Positions 1-8,964 of a stretch of DNA of 64,000 nucleotides are shown here, one piece after another. The notes below the pieces were generated by a model, which ran no database searches, was not told the origin of the DNA, and was given only the letters and a program-made list of their open reading frames with translations. Each line of letters starts with the position of its first letter. Positions within the stretch are counted from its first letter, which is position 1. Both the position numbers and the translations under genes were made by a program. The DNA comes from a virus (lineage: Duplodnaviria; Caudoviricetes): IMG/VR virus record IMGVR_UViG_3300042542_006078. One strand, written 5' to 3'.

Positions 1-2
1 TT

Positions 3-386
3 ATGGATAAAAATGACAATATTATTTCCAAATGGTCTAAAGAAACGATTGATGATGCTGGCGGTTTGGAAAAATGCATTGAGCGTTTTAAGAAAGCTAA
101 TCCTAAATCAGAAATTGAAATGATTGGTGAACCAGCACCAGCACCAGAGCCAGCACCAGAGCCAGCACCAGCACCAACACCAGCACCAGAGCCAGAACCA
201 ACACCAGCACCAGCACCAGAGCCAGAACCAGCACCAGCACCAGAGCCAGAACCAACACCAGCACCAGCACCAGAGCCAGAACCAGCACCAGCACCAGAGC
301 CAGAACCAACACCAGAACCAACACCAGCACCAGAGCCAGAACCAACACCAGAACCAGCACCAGAGCCAGCACCAGTTAATGGCTGA
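3..386 (+). CDS. Pro/Glu/Ala-rich (PAPEPE repeat) protein, possibly 5'-truncated by the window edge
   Basis: ORF track; non-repetitive N-terminus followed by ~80 aa of [12 protein letters not shown] repeats. Confidence 0.7.
   Translation: MDKNDNIISKWSKETIDDAGGLEKCIERFKKANPKSEIEMIGEPAPAPEPAPEPAPAPTPAPEPEPTPAPAPEPEPAPAPEPEPTPAPAPEPEPAPAPEPEPTPEPTPAPEPEPTPEPAPEPAPVNG
132..375 (+). repeat. Imperfect 6-bp-unit coding tandem repeat (ccagca/ccagag/ccagaa)
   Basis: Directly visible. Confidence 0.9.
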
Positions 387-414
387 AAATTTTAATTAAA
401 TACTCTAATATTGA

Positions 415-1044
415 ATGCAATATTTTATATTACCTCATTGTTGTATAGCTTTTAATGCCAAGGTTGCTTCATCGGCCTTGGCATCTGCTATTGTTAGAAA
501 GTATCATCCAGAAAGGCTTGAAAAAGTTCTTGCTGAATATGAGGAAAAATGGTCTATATTTAGCGATGATTTCAAAGCATCTCTGCCTGAAAGTTTCCAG
601 AGAATGTTTCGTTCTGACATGAATGATTCAATAAGTTTTTGGCAGAATTTATGTACGATAACAAGAAATCCTGAATTACCTGTTCTTTTGTTGGTTAGAA
701 ATCCTATTGATAGATTTTTATCTGGTGCTTCTTATTTGAGTCAGGATATTGATAAATTGTTAACTGGTTTGGAAAGTAACGACCAAAAATACATTTTAGA
801 AAGTTTGCCTATAGAGATTGCAAATAATACTCATTTTATCAAGCAATCATGGCTTATAAAGGGCGATACAAGACTTTATAGGTTTCCTGATCAGTTGGAG
901 CAGTTTTGTCTTGATGCTGGCTTAGAGTGGCCTTTACAGAGGATTAATGAGGGTAAGAATGTCAAGCCTGTCTTGACGGAAGAGCAGATCAAAAGAATAG
1001 AGTCTTATTACGCTGAAGATGTTGAACTTTTCAAATCTATTTGA
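415..1044 (+). CDS. Sulfotransferase family 2-like protein
   Basis: LVRNPIDRFLSG 3'-phosphate-binding-like motif; C-terminal YYAEDVELF typical of the family. Confidence 0.65.
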   Translation: MQYFILPHCCIAFNAKVASSALASAIVRKYHPERLEKVLAEYEEKWSIFSDDFKASLPESFQRMFRSDMNDSISFWQNLCTITRNPELPVLLLVRNPIDRFLSGASYLSQDIDKLLTGLESNDQKYILESLPIEIANNTHFIKQSWLIKGDTRLYRFPDQLEQFCLDAGLEWPLQRINEGKNVKPVLTEEQIKRIESYYAEDVELFKSI

Positions 1045-1050
1045 TTAAAC

Positions 1051-1866
1051 ATGAAATTTTGCATTAACACACTTATGCTGTCCAAAGAAATGAGCATTTT
1101 GGACAAGATAAAAATTGCTGGCCGAAGTGGATTTGATGGCATTGAGCCATGGGTTGATGATTTTATTTCTGTGAACCCTAATGATGTCAAAAAATGTTGT
1201 TTGGATTATGGAATATCAATTCCAACAATAATTCAAATAAGTGGTTGGTTTGAAAATGATGGTGGTTTGATGGGAATTGGAGATAATCATCAAGAAATAA
1301 TTGAAGAATGCAAGAGAAGGATGGAAATAGCTGTTTCTATTGGATGTGGTTGGATTATTGCGATGCCATCATTTAGTCATCGTGGTAAGGTGAGTGATTG
1401 GAATCTTGGTGTTGAGTATTTTCATGAATTATTGCAGATTGGAAAACAGATTGGTTGTATGCCAACTATTGAGTTCATGGGTCAGACTGGATTGATTAAC
1501 AATTATTTCACTTGTAAAAAATTTATAGATGAATTTGGCGACGATGCCAAGATGGTGATTGATTCGTATCATTTATGGCGTGGTGGAGGATCGGTTGATG
1601 ATTTTTTGAAGATAGACAAATCACAAGTTTCTGTTTTTCATATAAGCGATGCAGATAAGAGTATTGATAGGGAAAAGCACATGGATCGCAACAGGGTTAT
1701 GCCAATGGATGGCAAGATTGATCTTAAAAAATTTGCTGATAATGTGAAAAAAATAGGATTTGATGGTTTTGTAAACATCGGTGTTTACAATCAGAAACTT
1801 TGGTCTATTAATCCTCTGGAATTATGTGTTGATTCCATAAGAAGATTGAGGGAATTATTTCTCTAA
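1051..1866 (+). CDS. Sugar-phosphate isomerase/epimerase (xylose isomerase-like TIM barrel, AP_endonuc_2)
   Basis: GFDGIEPW, IEF, DSYHLW, FHISD metal-ligand motifs. Confidence 0.85.
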   Translation: MKFCINTLMLSKEMSILDKIKIAGRSGFDGIEPWVDDFISVNPNDVKKCCLDYGISIPTIIQISGWFENDGGLMGIGDNHQEIIEECKRRMEIAVSIGCGWIIAMPSFSHRGKVSDWNLGVEYFHELLQIGKQIGCMPTIEFMGQTGLINNYFTCKKFIDEFGDDAKMVIDSYHLWRGGGSVDDFLKIDKSQVSVFHISDADKSIDREKHMDRNRVMPMDGKIDLKKFADNVKKIGFDGFVNIGVYNQKLWSINPLELCVDSIRRLRELFL

Positions 1867-1872
1867 TTTATT

Positions 1873-2460
1873 ATGAATCCTTACAAATCAATATCTGATT
1901 TTGAAAAGAGAATGGCTGATTTTGTTGGCAGTCCTTATGCTGTTGCGGTAGACAGTTGTACAAATGCTTTGTTTTTATGTTGTAAATATTTGTCTGTTAG
2001 TGTGATTACATTGCCTAGCAAAACATATGTAAGTGTTCCATGTTCTGTAATTCACGCTGGTGGTTCTGTATTGTTTGAGGATTATTCTTGGAATGGAACA
2101 TATCAGTTAAAGCCCTATCCAATTTATGATAGCGCATGTAGAATGATAAGGGGCATGTATGTTCCCGGCACATATGATTGTGTTTCTTTTAGTGCGAATA
2201 AAATACTGAATATAGGGAAGGGCGGAATGATCTTCACAGATAGCGAGAAAGCTGTGAGATGGTTCAAATTAGCGAGATATGAGGGACGAGAGGAATTGTC
2301 GTTAATGGATCAGGAATCTTTTGAATTTGCTGGTTGGAACATGTATATGACACCAGAACAGGCAAGTCGTGGATTGGTATTAGCTAATTATCTGAGTGAT
2401 TCGTGTGTAAAGACACCAATGTATCCAGATCTTTCAAAGAAGTTTAAGGTATTGTCATGA
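1873..2460 (+). CDS. Short DegT/DnrJ/EryC1/StrS PLP-dependent aminotransferase
   Basis: AVAVDSCTNAL, DSA, SFSANK (PLP Lys), IGKGGM. Confidence 0.85.
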   Translation: MNPYKSISDFEKRMADFVGSPYAVAVDSCTNALFLCCKYLSVSVITLPSKTYVSVPCSVIHAGGSVLFEDYSWNGTYQLKPYPIYDSACRMIRGMYVPGTYDCVSFSANKILNIGKGGMIFTDSEKAVRWFKLARYEGREELSLMDQESFEFAGWNMYMTPEQASRGLVLANYLSDSCVKTPMYPDLSKKFKVLS

Positions 2461-3089
2461 AAGTTGCCATAATGCAGCCTTATTTTTTTCCTTATGGTGG
2501 TTATTTCCAGTTGATGTCTAGTGTTGATCTTTTCATTTATTTTGATGATGTTCAATTTGTCAGGCGTGGTTGGATGACAAGAAACAAGATTTCCTCTCCT
2601 AGTGGAGATGGTCAAATTTATATAAATGTTCCTGTTTGTAAGTCTGATCGTTCTGCCAAAATTAATGAGATAAGTATTTTTGGCGATTGGGTTGGCAAGC
2701 ACTTAAAGACATTTGAGCATATTTATGGCAAGAGTGTCAAAGATCATATTTTTTATGATTTTTATAGTAGTTTGGGTTCTGAGAAAAATCTCAATAGAAT
2801 GTTGGTCAGGTCTTTGGATTGGGTTTCTAATTATTTTAGAATTGGTTGTAAGAATGTTCTTTCGAGTGAATTGGAATGTGATGGTAAGGGTCAGGAAAGA
2901 ATCATAAATTTGTGTAAGAAGGTTGGGGCCAAAGAGTATTGGAATTTGCCGGGTGGTGTTGAATTGTACAACAGAGATGTTTTCTTGGATAACGGTTTAG
3001 AATTGAATTTTATTGATACTAGTCATCAAAAAAAATCAAGTATTATAGAGACTATATTTAATGAAAAAACTGGTAATATACGATTCTAA
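2457..3089 (+). CDS. wbqC: WbqC-family protein
   Basis: MKVAIMQPYFFPY..YF.L..SVD.F...DDVQF..RGW.TRN signature; ATGA overlap with upstream gene. Confidence 0.9.
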   Translation: MKVAIMQPYFFPYGGYFQLMSSVDLFIYFDDVQFVRRGWMTRNKISSPSGDGQIYINVPVCKSDRSAKINEISIFGDWVGKHLKTFEHIYGKSVKDHIFYDFYSSLGSEKNLNRMLVRSLDWVSNYFRIGCKNVLSSELECDGKGQERIINLCKKVGAKEYWNLPGGVELYNRDVFLDNGLELNFIDTSHQKKSSIIETIFNEKTGNIRF

Positions 3090-3453
3090 TTCAGGATCTA
3101 CAAAAGAAATAGCCTTAAATATTTGTAGCGATGCTCGTCATTATACTGAAGTTGATAATTTAGAAGAATATGATTTGATTGTTTTCGTTTGTCCAACATA
3201 TGGAGACGAAGAATTGAGTTTAGGGATGGAAAAATTTTTGATATGTTTGAAAAACAAGAAGAAATTTGCTGTTTGTGAAACTGGCAATTATTATGGATTT
3301 GATGATTTCTCATTTGGTTCTAGAAAAATAATCGAGCAATTGTTAATTGGTTCTGGTTGGGATAATATTGGTGGATTTTCTTTAGATTCTTATAAGCCCA
3401 TCAAGTGGGAAGCTTTTGAAAAATGGTGTAATAAAATAAATGAAAGATCGTGA
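3061..3453 (+). CDS. Flavodoxin-like protein
   Basis: IYDSNSGSTK FMN loop, CPTYGDEEL, FAVCETGN. Confidence 0.8.
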   Translation: MKKLVIYDSNSGSTKEIALNICSDARHYTEVDNLEEYDLIVFVCPTYGDEELSLGMEKFLICLKNKKKFAVCETGNYYGFDDFSFGSRKIIEQLLIGSGWDNIGGFSLDSYKPIKWEAFEKWCNKINERS

Positions 3454-4336
3454 TGTTGTATGCAAATTGAAGCAAATAACTCCATTAGCCACTTTTGGCT
3501 TTGAGGGCGATGATTGCGTTGAAGCTATTTTCACTGATCCCAATTGTTATTTTTATGGGATTTTGAGGTTAATGACGGATGATGCGAAAAGGGAAGTTTT
3601 GTCTTTGGTTTCAAATCTTAAGAATCTTCGTTATTTAGATTTAAGAAAAAACAGGCTTGGTTTCTTTGAGATTGATCTTTGTAATTTAAGTCATCTTGAT
3701 TTGGGATCGAATTACATGGGATTTGTGCCCAAATGGATTGAGAAAAACAATTTAAGTTACTTAAATTTGGGCGTAAATGAATTGCACGGTCTTCCTGATT
3801 GGTTTGGTAATTTGAAAGAATTAAAAGTATTAAAATTACACAAGAATAAGATATGTGATTTTTCTTGTGTATCTGATTTTGTGAATTTAGAAGAAATTAA
3901 TTTGTATTTCAATTGTGTAGATGATATTCCTTCTTACCTTTTTGATTTCAAAAATATAAAAGTTTTTTCTTGGGGAATATCCAATCTTTCCGTTTTATCT
4001 GATCGTGTTTGTGAATGGCAAAAATTAGAATACTTGTCTTTAGTTGGCAATAATTTGCGTAATTTGCCCGATAGTATTTGTTCGTGTAAATTTTTGATTG
4101 GCTTGAGGCTGAATAAAAATCAAATTGAAAATCTGCCTAAAAATATAGGCAATCTGTATAATTTGCGTGATATAACTCTTTACAAAAACAAGATAACTGA
4201 TTTGCCAGAGTCGTTCATGAATTTGAATTTAGAAAGATGTAATCTTGCTGGGAATTGTTTTAATGATTGTCCTGTTGTAAATAGTAAGTGGTTGGCCTTA
4301 AGTGAAAATGATTTGGATTTTGAATGGACAAAATAA
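3440..4336 (+). CDS. Leucine-rich repeat protein
   Basis: Repeated LxxLxLxxNxLxxLP units. Confidence 0.9.
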   Translation: MKDRDVVCKLKQITPLATFGFEGDDCVEAIFTDPNCYFYGILRLMTDDAKREVLSLVSNLKNLRYLDLRKNRLGFFEIDLCNLSHLDLGSNYMGFVPKWIEKNNLSYLNLGVNELHGLPDWFGNLKELKVLKLHKNKICDFSCVSDFVNLEEINLYFNCVDDIPSYLFDFKNIKVFSWGISNLSVLSDRVCEWQKLEYLSLVGNNLRNLPDSICSCKFLIGLRLNKNQIENLPKNIGNLYNLRDITLYKNKITDLPESFMNLNLERCNLAGNCFNDCPVVNSKWLALSENDLDFEWTK

Positions 4337-5349
4337 AATTAAATAATTCCGACATATATGTTTTCTATCCATCTGTAAATTATTGGGTCGATAGATTAAA
4401 GAATAATTCTTATTTTTCATATTCAAAATTATGCCATGCTTTTTGGAATGTTGCTGTTGGCATGGATCGTCAATTAAAAATGTTCAAAAAAATACACAAT
4501 GAAAATTTCATTAACGAATGTATTGGCATGCTATGTGCGATACCAGTTGATGGTAATTATTTTCAAGGAATTTCCATATGCGAATCAAATTGCGAACATC
4601 AATCGATAGATGAAATGTGTAATGCAGTAAAAAATCATTTACACAACAAAGAATTGTATTACGGTCTTATTTGGAAAAAATATTGTTTGAATGGTGTTGT
4701 TAAAAATTTCATTTACGAAGTAAGAAATAAACATGTTGTTTTTGTGGGAATGCCTCATATTGCTAATGTTCCATTGACATGGGGACTTGATAATTATGAA
4801 TTTTTGTCTGTAAATATTCTTGATGCAACTGAAAAGAGATATGAAATTTTGAATATTTTGAAAAATAAAAAAAATTCTGTTATTATTTTTCAATGTGGTG
4901 AGATGTTATCATTTTGGTTAATAAATAAATTGCATGAATTGAAAAGCGACAATTTTTTAATTGACATGGGCAGATCTTTAGATGTTTTTTGCAATATGGA
5001 CAATGTAGGAGAAGACACATTGAAATTTTTCCCAAATGTTGCAAAACCATATTGGAGTAGACAAAGTGATAATTTCAATAAATTCAATTCATATGAAAAA
5101 ATAATAGTTCCATATAACAATAATTATTTTCAAAACATACTAATCAAAAAAATAAAAATTGCAACTGGATTTGATGTCGTGGAAAATGATACTGACAATA
5201 CAAAAGTGATTATCAAGTTGCGTGAAGGAGAAAAAATAACTAGATACACACCATTAACTTGTTATGCTTTAACCTACAAATGCGATGATTTTTTTCTTAT
5301 GCCAAAATTTGAATGTTTATTTGATATAAATAAAACCATTAAATTGTGA
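4324..5349 (+). CDS. Hypothetical protein, possible GT-D-fold glycosyltransferase-like
   Basis: IIFQCG...LIDMGRSLD resembles the GT-D C-terminal IDIGS motif; position in glycan cluster. Confidence 0.35.
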   Translation: MDKIKLNNSDIYVFYPSVNYWVDRLKNNSYFSYSKLCHAFWNVAVGMDRQLKMFKKIHNENFINECIGMLCAIPVDGNYFQGISICESNCEHQSIDEMCNAVKNHLHNKELYYGLIWKKYCLNGVVKNFIYEVRNKHVVFVGMPHIANVPLTWGLDNYEFLSVNILDATEKRYEILNILKNKKNSVIIFQCGEMLSFWLINKLHELKSDNFLIDMGRSLDVFCNMDNVGEDTLKFFPNVAKPYWSRQSDNFNKFNSYEKIIVPYNNNYFQNILIKKIKIATGFDVVENDTDNTKVIIKLREGEKITRYTPLTCYALTYKCDDFFLMPKFECLFDINKTIKL

Positions 5350-5368
5350 AAATAAGTTTTATTGTTTT

Positions 5369-6067
5369 TCAATCATTAGTTCTGTTTTTTGGATAACCAC
5401 TATTTATGTATGATTTTTCAGCAAGGTCATTATACCTTAAATGTGCTGTCAATCTTATCTGATCTGTTGAATTGATTCCACTTCTGTGAATGGTTAGATT
5501 ATGAAAAACAAGCACATCTCCCATTTCCATTTTTATGGGAGAAAAGTGCCAATCTTGTTTTTTTAGAACGGGAACACCATGGAAGTCCTCTTGCTCTAAT
5601 GGGCCTAAATGGTGGCTTCCTTCTACGACTTCTAGAAATCCCAATTCACTGGTTATTGGTACAAGAGGAATCCAACAAGTAACCCCGTTTTTGCTTCCCA
5701 AGTTGCTATGATAATCTTGGTGTGCTGGCAGTTTCCAATATGATTCATCAATGCTTGTTCTTGGAGAACTAAATGCAAGACATGGCTTAGTGTTGAAAGA
5801 GGGTTTTGATATTTCACATAGATTTTTCAATTCTGATAGTAGCTTGTCATCTGTGCCTAAAGAGTACAGTGAAATAAGTTTTTGTGTGGCAAGAGCGCAA
5901 GATTTGAATCCTTGCAAATCATTTGAAAAAAGTTCAAATATATTTTGATTTATTTTCTTTTCTTCGCAATAAGAATTGAATACTGAAAAAATATCATTTC
6001 TAACTAACTCAATTCTTTTTGGACAGAATAATTTTTTTAATAGAATATGACTGTTTTCCATAATCAA
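5369..6067 (-). CDS. PhyH-family Fe(II)/2OG dioxygenase
   Basis: HQD, TCWIPL, GDVLVFHNLTIHRSG.N.TDQIR. Confidence 0.85.
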   Translation of the reverse strand: MIMENSHILLKKLFCPKRIELVRNDIFSVFNSYCEEKKINQNIFELFSNDLQGFKSCALATQKLISLYSLGTDDKLLSELKNLCEISKPSFNTKPCLAFSSPRTSIDESYWKLPAHQDYHSNLGSKNGVTCWIPLVPITSELGFLEVVEGSHHLGPLEQEDFHGVPVLKKQDWHFSPIKMEMGDVLVFHNLTIHRSGINSTDQIRLTAHLRYNDLAEKSYINSGYPKNRTND

Positions 6068-6093
6068 TAAGAGTTAAAAAACATATATAATTT

Positions 6094-6693
6094 ATGCCTT
6101 TGTGTCATGACAAAAAAATCTGTCACATACACATCCCTAAAACTGGCGGGACAAGTGTTATAAATTATTTTCGCATGCCAAAAAATTTAGATAGTATGTT
6201 CGGCATGGACGGAAATAGTGAAAGAAGTCATTTCAGCCAATTAGAAATACAAGAAATTTGTGATATATCAGATTATTTCAAGTTTGTATTTATAAGAAAC
6301 CCTTGGGACAGATTGGCTTCAGAATTTGCGTGGAGAATGGCCGCAAGACCAAACAAGCATGGAATTCTAAACGATTTTAATGAATTCAATGAATTTGTTT
6401 CTGGATTAGAAGCAATTTTCGATGATATTGTAAATAAAAAATATCCACACAGAATATGCAATCACTTTTTTCCTCAAAATTGGTTTTTTTATTCTGTGGA
6501 TTTCGTTGGCAGATATGAGACATTCAGAGAAGATTTGGAAAAACTTGGAAAAATGTTCAATATAGATCGTCTAATACCTCATGATAACAAGGCTAAAACG
6601 GTTGATTACAGAATTTTGTATAATGAAAATTCTATTGAGATAGTTAAAAAATTGTATCATGATGATATAAAACTTTTTGGCTATGATTTTTAG
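6094..6693 (+). CDS. Sulfotransferase family 2 protein
   Basis: HIHIPKTGGTS (5'-PSB) and IRNPWDRLASEF (3'-PB). Confidence 0.9.
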   Translation: MPLCHDKKICHIHIPKTGGTSVINYFRMPKNLDSMFGMDGNSERSHFSQLEIQEICDISDYFKFVFIRNPWDRLASEFAWRMAARPNKHGILNDFNEFNEFVSGLEAIFDDIVNKKYPHRICNHFFPQNWFFYSVDFVGRYETFREDLEKLGKMFNIDRLIPHDNKAKTVDYRILYNENSIEIVKKLYHDDIKLFGYDF

Positions 6694-6694
6694 T

Positions 6695-7492
6695 TTAGTT
6701 GAATAACATGAAAATTCCCGTGGAACCATATCCATTACCGTTATAAAGCATATATTTTTCTTTCCTGCCATTTAGTTGAAATAGATATGGATAGCATTGC
6801 ATATCTTGGTCCAGTTCATTTTTTGGAATGAATGGTTTAATTAATTTATTTTCATTTATAGAAAAAATTTCATAATTACTGTTTAGTTTTTTAATTGAGA
6901 AGTAAGATATTCCATCGTGAATGCAACAGCGAGAAATGGCATCATTTTCACAGTTGGTTTTGAAATATTCTTGATCGTCAATAAAGTTGAAATTTGAGCT
7001 AGAAGTTGCGATTCGCAAATGATAGCAGGGTTTATCTTGATCCCAATGAGTACCGGCACAGTATATCATTTTGGTTTTATTGTCTTCTGAATAAACAAAT
7101 GGAGAATTGACGAGGCATGGAGCATTTTTATTTGTTGAGAAAACTGGGCCTGAATAAATTCTTTCAAGTTTTTCGTTTTCGTTTATCTGACAAACTCCTA
7201 TGGCATGCGAATAAGGAACAGATTTTCTGAGATGCCATCCAGAGTAAAACAAATAATTTTCAAAGATGCAAGATGGCATCACGCCGCTGTCATCAAAGCT
7301 GCCCCTTTCTCCGGGCAATAGTGCATAAGGATCGTCATCAAGTAAACTGAAATTATAATCGAACTTTAGTTTGCCGATGTGGCTTATTCCATCTTTTCTC
7401 CAACTATAGAAAATTAAAATGTATGAATCTTTAACGAATGGAGTTGGCAATTGTCCTTGCTTGTCATAAATTAATTTTTTATTTTTCCACAT
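6695..7492 (-). CDS. Five-bladed beta-propeller glycosidase-like protein
   Basis: GSFDDSGVMPS, YSGW, YPY, YMLYNGNGYG motifs as in GH-like genes beside wbqC in surface-polysaccharide loci. Confidence 0.6.
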   Translation of the reverse strand: MWKNKKLIYDKQGQLPTPFVKDSYILIFYSWRKDGISHIGKLKFDYNFSLLDDDPYALLPGERGSFDDSGVMPSCIFENYLFYSGWHLRKSVPYSHAIGVCQINENEKLERIYSGPVFSTNKNAPCLVNSPFVYSEDNKTKMIYCAGTHWDQDKPCYHLRIATSSSNFNFIDDQEYFKTNCENDAISRCCIHDGISYFSIKKLNSNYEIFSINENKLIKPFIPKNELDQDMQCYPYLFQLNGRKEKYMLYNGNGYGSTGIFMLFN

Positions 7493-7524
7493 TGTTGTGA
7501 ATTTTTGCTAGATTGCCAATTTGT

Positions 7525-8205
7525 TCAAAATTTAATTTCGCTGCTTTCTTTTACTCTTTTTGCCGGAATTCCAACCCAAACACCGCCTTCTGGCTCTAAA
7601 TCACAAACCACAGAAGCATCTTGGCCAACAAATGTGCTAGAAGAAATATGTGTATCATTTTTAGTACTACAATTTGTCCCAAGAAAACAAAAATCATCAA
7701 TTCGGTTGTGACCAGCTATCACTACATTGCCAGAAATAAAATTATTGTTGCCAACTTTTGTGTGATGACCAATATGGCTAAAACTCCATATAACCAAGTT
7801 ATCACCAACCTCACAAAAAGGTTGTATGTTGCATCCTTCAAAAATAAATGCATTTTTGCCTATTTTTGCATTCCAAGTGTAAGCCTTGCTGCTAATGTAG
7901 CTTGCAAAGTTGTACCCCTTTTTTTCAATTTTATCACATATTTCGGCTTTCAATTTGTTCATCTTTGATGCATATATTGGCGCACTAAATAAAAATTTAT
8001 CTGGAGGATATTCTTTTTCAATGTCTTCAAAAGCGATGACTGGCAAATCATTAAAACGAGATTCTTTCAAATAAGCACCATCCACACAAAATGCGACAGG
8101 GACATAATTAGAATCATTTCTGAAATAAAAACAAGCTAACTCGGCCATATCTTTATTGCCAAATATAATTATCTTATTGGTGTTAGTATTCAAAAATTCC
8201 TCCAC
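7525..8205 (-). CDS. NeuD/PglD-like sugar acyltransferase (hexapeptide repeat)
   Basis: IIIFGNKDMAELA Rossmann-like N-terminus, hexapeptide repeats, WVGIPAK C-terminus. Confidence 0.85.
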   Translation of the reverse strand: MEEFLNTNTNKIIIFGNKDMAELACFYFRNDSNYVPVAFCVDGAYLKESRFNDLPVIAFEDIEKEYPPDKFLFSAPIYASKMNKLKAEICDKIEKKGYNFASYISSKAYTWNAKIGKNAFIFEGCNIQPFCEVGDNLVIWSFSHIGHHTKVGNNNFISGNVVIAGHNRIDDFCFLGTNCSTKNDTHISSSTFVGQDASVVCDLEPEGGVWVGIPAKRVKESSEIKF

Positions 8206-8223
8206 TCTTGATTTCCAGCAAAG

Positions 8224-8952
8224 CTATGAAAACATTTTCATCCAAATTCGCTCAAAGAAAAATCCATATACTTCATATTTGTTGATAAAGCTATAACAAT
8301 TGAAGTAGAAGTTTAGGTCATGTTTTCTGATCGATTCTTTCTTGGTTGCAAATATACCAGAATAGACGAAATTAAAAAAATCTGTACCATAGTCTTCGTC
8401 TGGAAGTCCTATCATGTTGCAGAAGTGATGAATTACATCATCTCCGTGCTGCAATTCTTCGTGTTCTGACAAATAGGCAAAATAAACACCCTTAATTCCA
8501 TCATCCCAATGTTTAACAGGACCAAGAGTATATCGACTTGCAGTTTCTACATAGTAAAGATCAAGATTGTTGTTTGTAACCTTCGGAGGAGGTAATTCAT
8601 CCTTTCTCCAATAAACACTCATAGGCAAAAATTTAGAATCAAGACCCTCATTCAACATTTTATAAGTAAGTAAAGCAAAGTTTGGCGCATGTTCAAGAGG
8701 ATTGCCTTGCGTAAATATTGTGATATCACTTAAATTATCATATTCTTTCAAAATATATCTAATATAAGTTTCTGATTCTCTTCCTGTGTTGTTGCATCCA
8801 TTGTGAACTATGACATTAGGATGTTTAAGTTCTTTAGGATTGATGATATCTTTGCCTTTATTGAATACCTCGATTTTGATTTGTTTTGGCATTAGTTCAA
8901 ACCAACTCAAATCTTCTTGGTATCTTGCAACGATCATTTTTATATCATGCAT
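8224..8952 (-). CDS. DUF3431-family protein
   Basis: VARYQEDLSW, GRESETYIRYI, FTQGNPLEH, FERIW. Confidence 0.75.
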   Translation of the reverse strand: MHDIKMIVARYQEDLSWFELMPKQIKIEVFNKGKDIINPKELKHPNVIVHNGCNNTGRESETYIRYILKEYDNLSDITIFTQGNPLEHAPNFALLTYKMLNEGLDSKFLPMSVYWRKDELPPPKVTNNNLDLYYVETASRYTLGPVKHWDDGIKGVYFAYLSEHEELQHGDDVIHHFCNMIGLPDEDYGTDFFNFVYSGIFATKKESIRKHDLNFYFNCYSFINKYEVYGFFFERIWMKMFS

Positions 8953-8964
8953 TCAATATAAGAA

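Noticed and set aside
103-399. Alternative-frame ORFs 103..372 (LV repeat) and 124..399 (QH repeat)
   Set aside because: Shadow frames of the PAPEPE repeat, which lacks stops in several frames.
415-8952. Eukaryotic giant virus (NCLDV) origin suggested by LRR and glyco genes
   Set aside because: Contractile-tail genes, a sigma factor, SD sites and intrinsic terminators show a bacteriophage.
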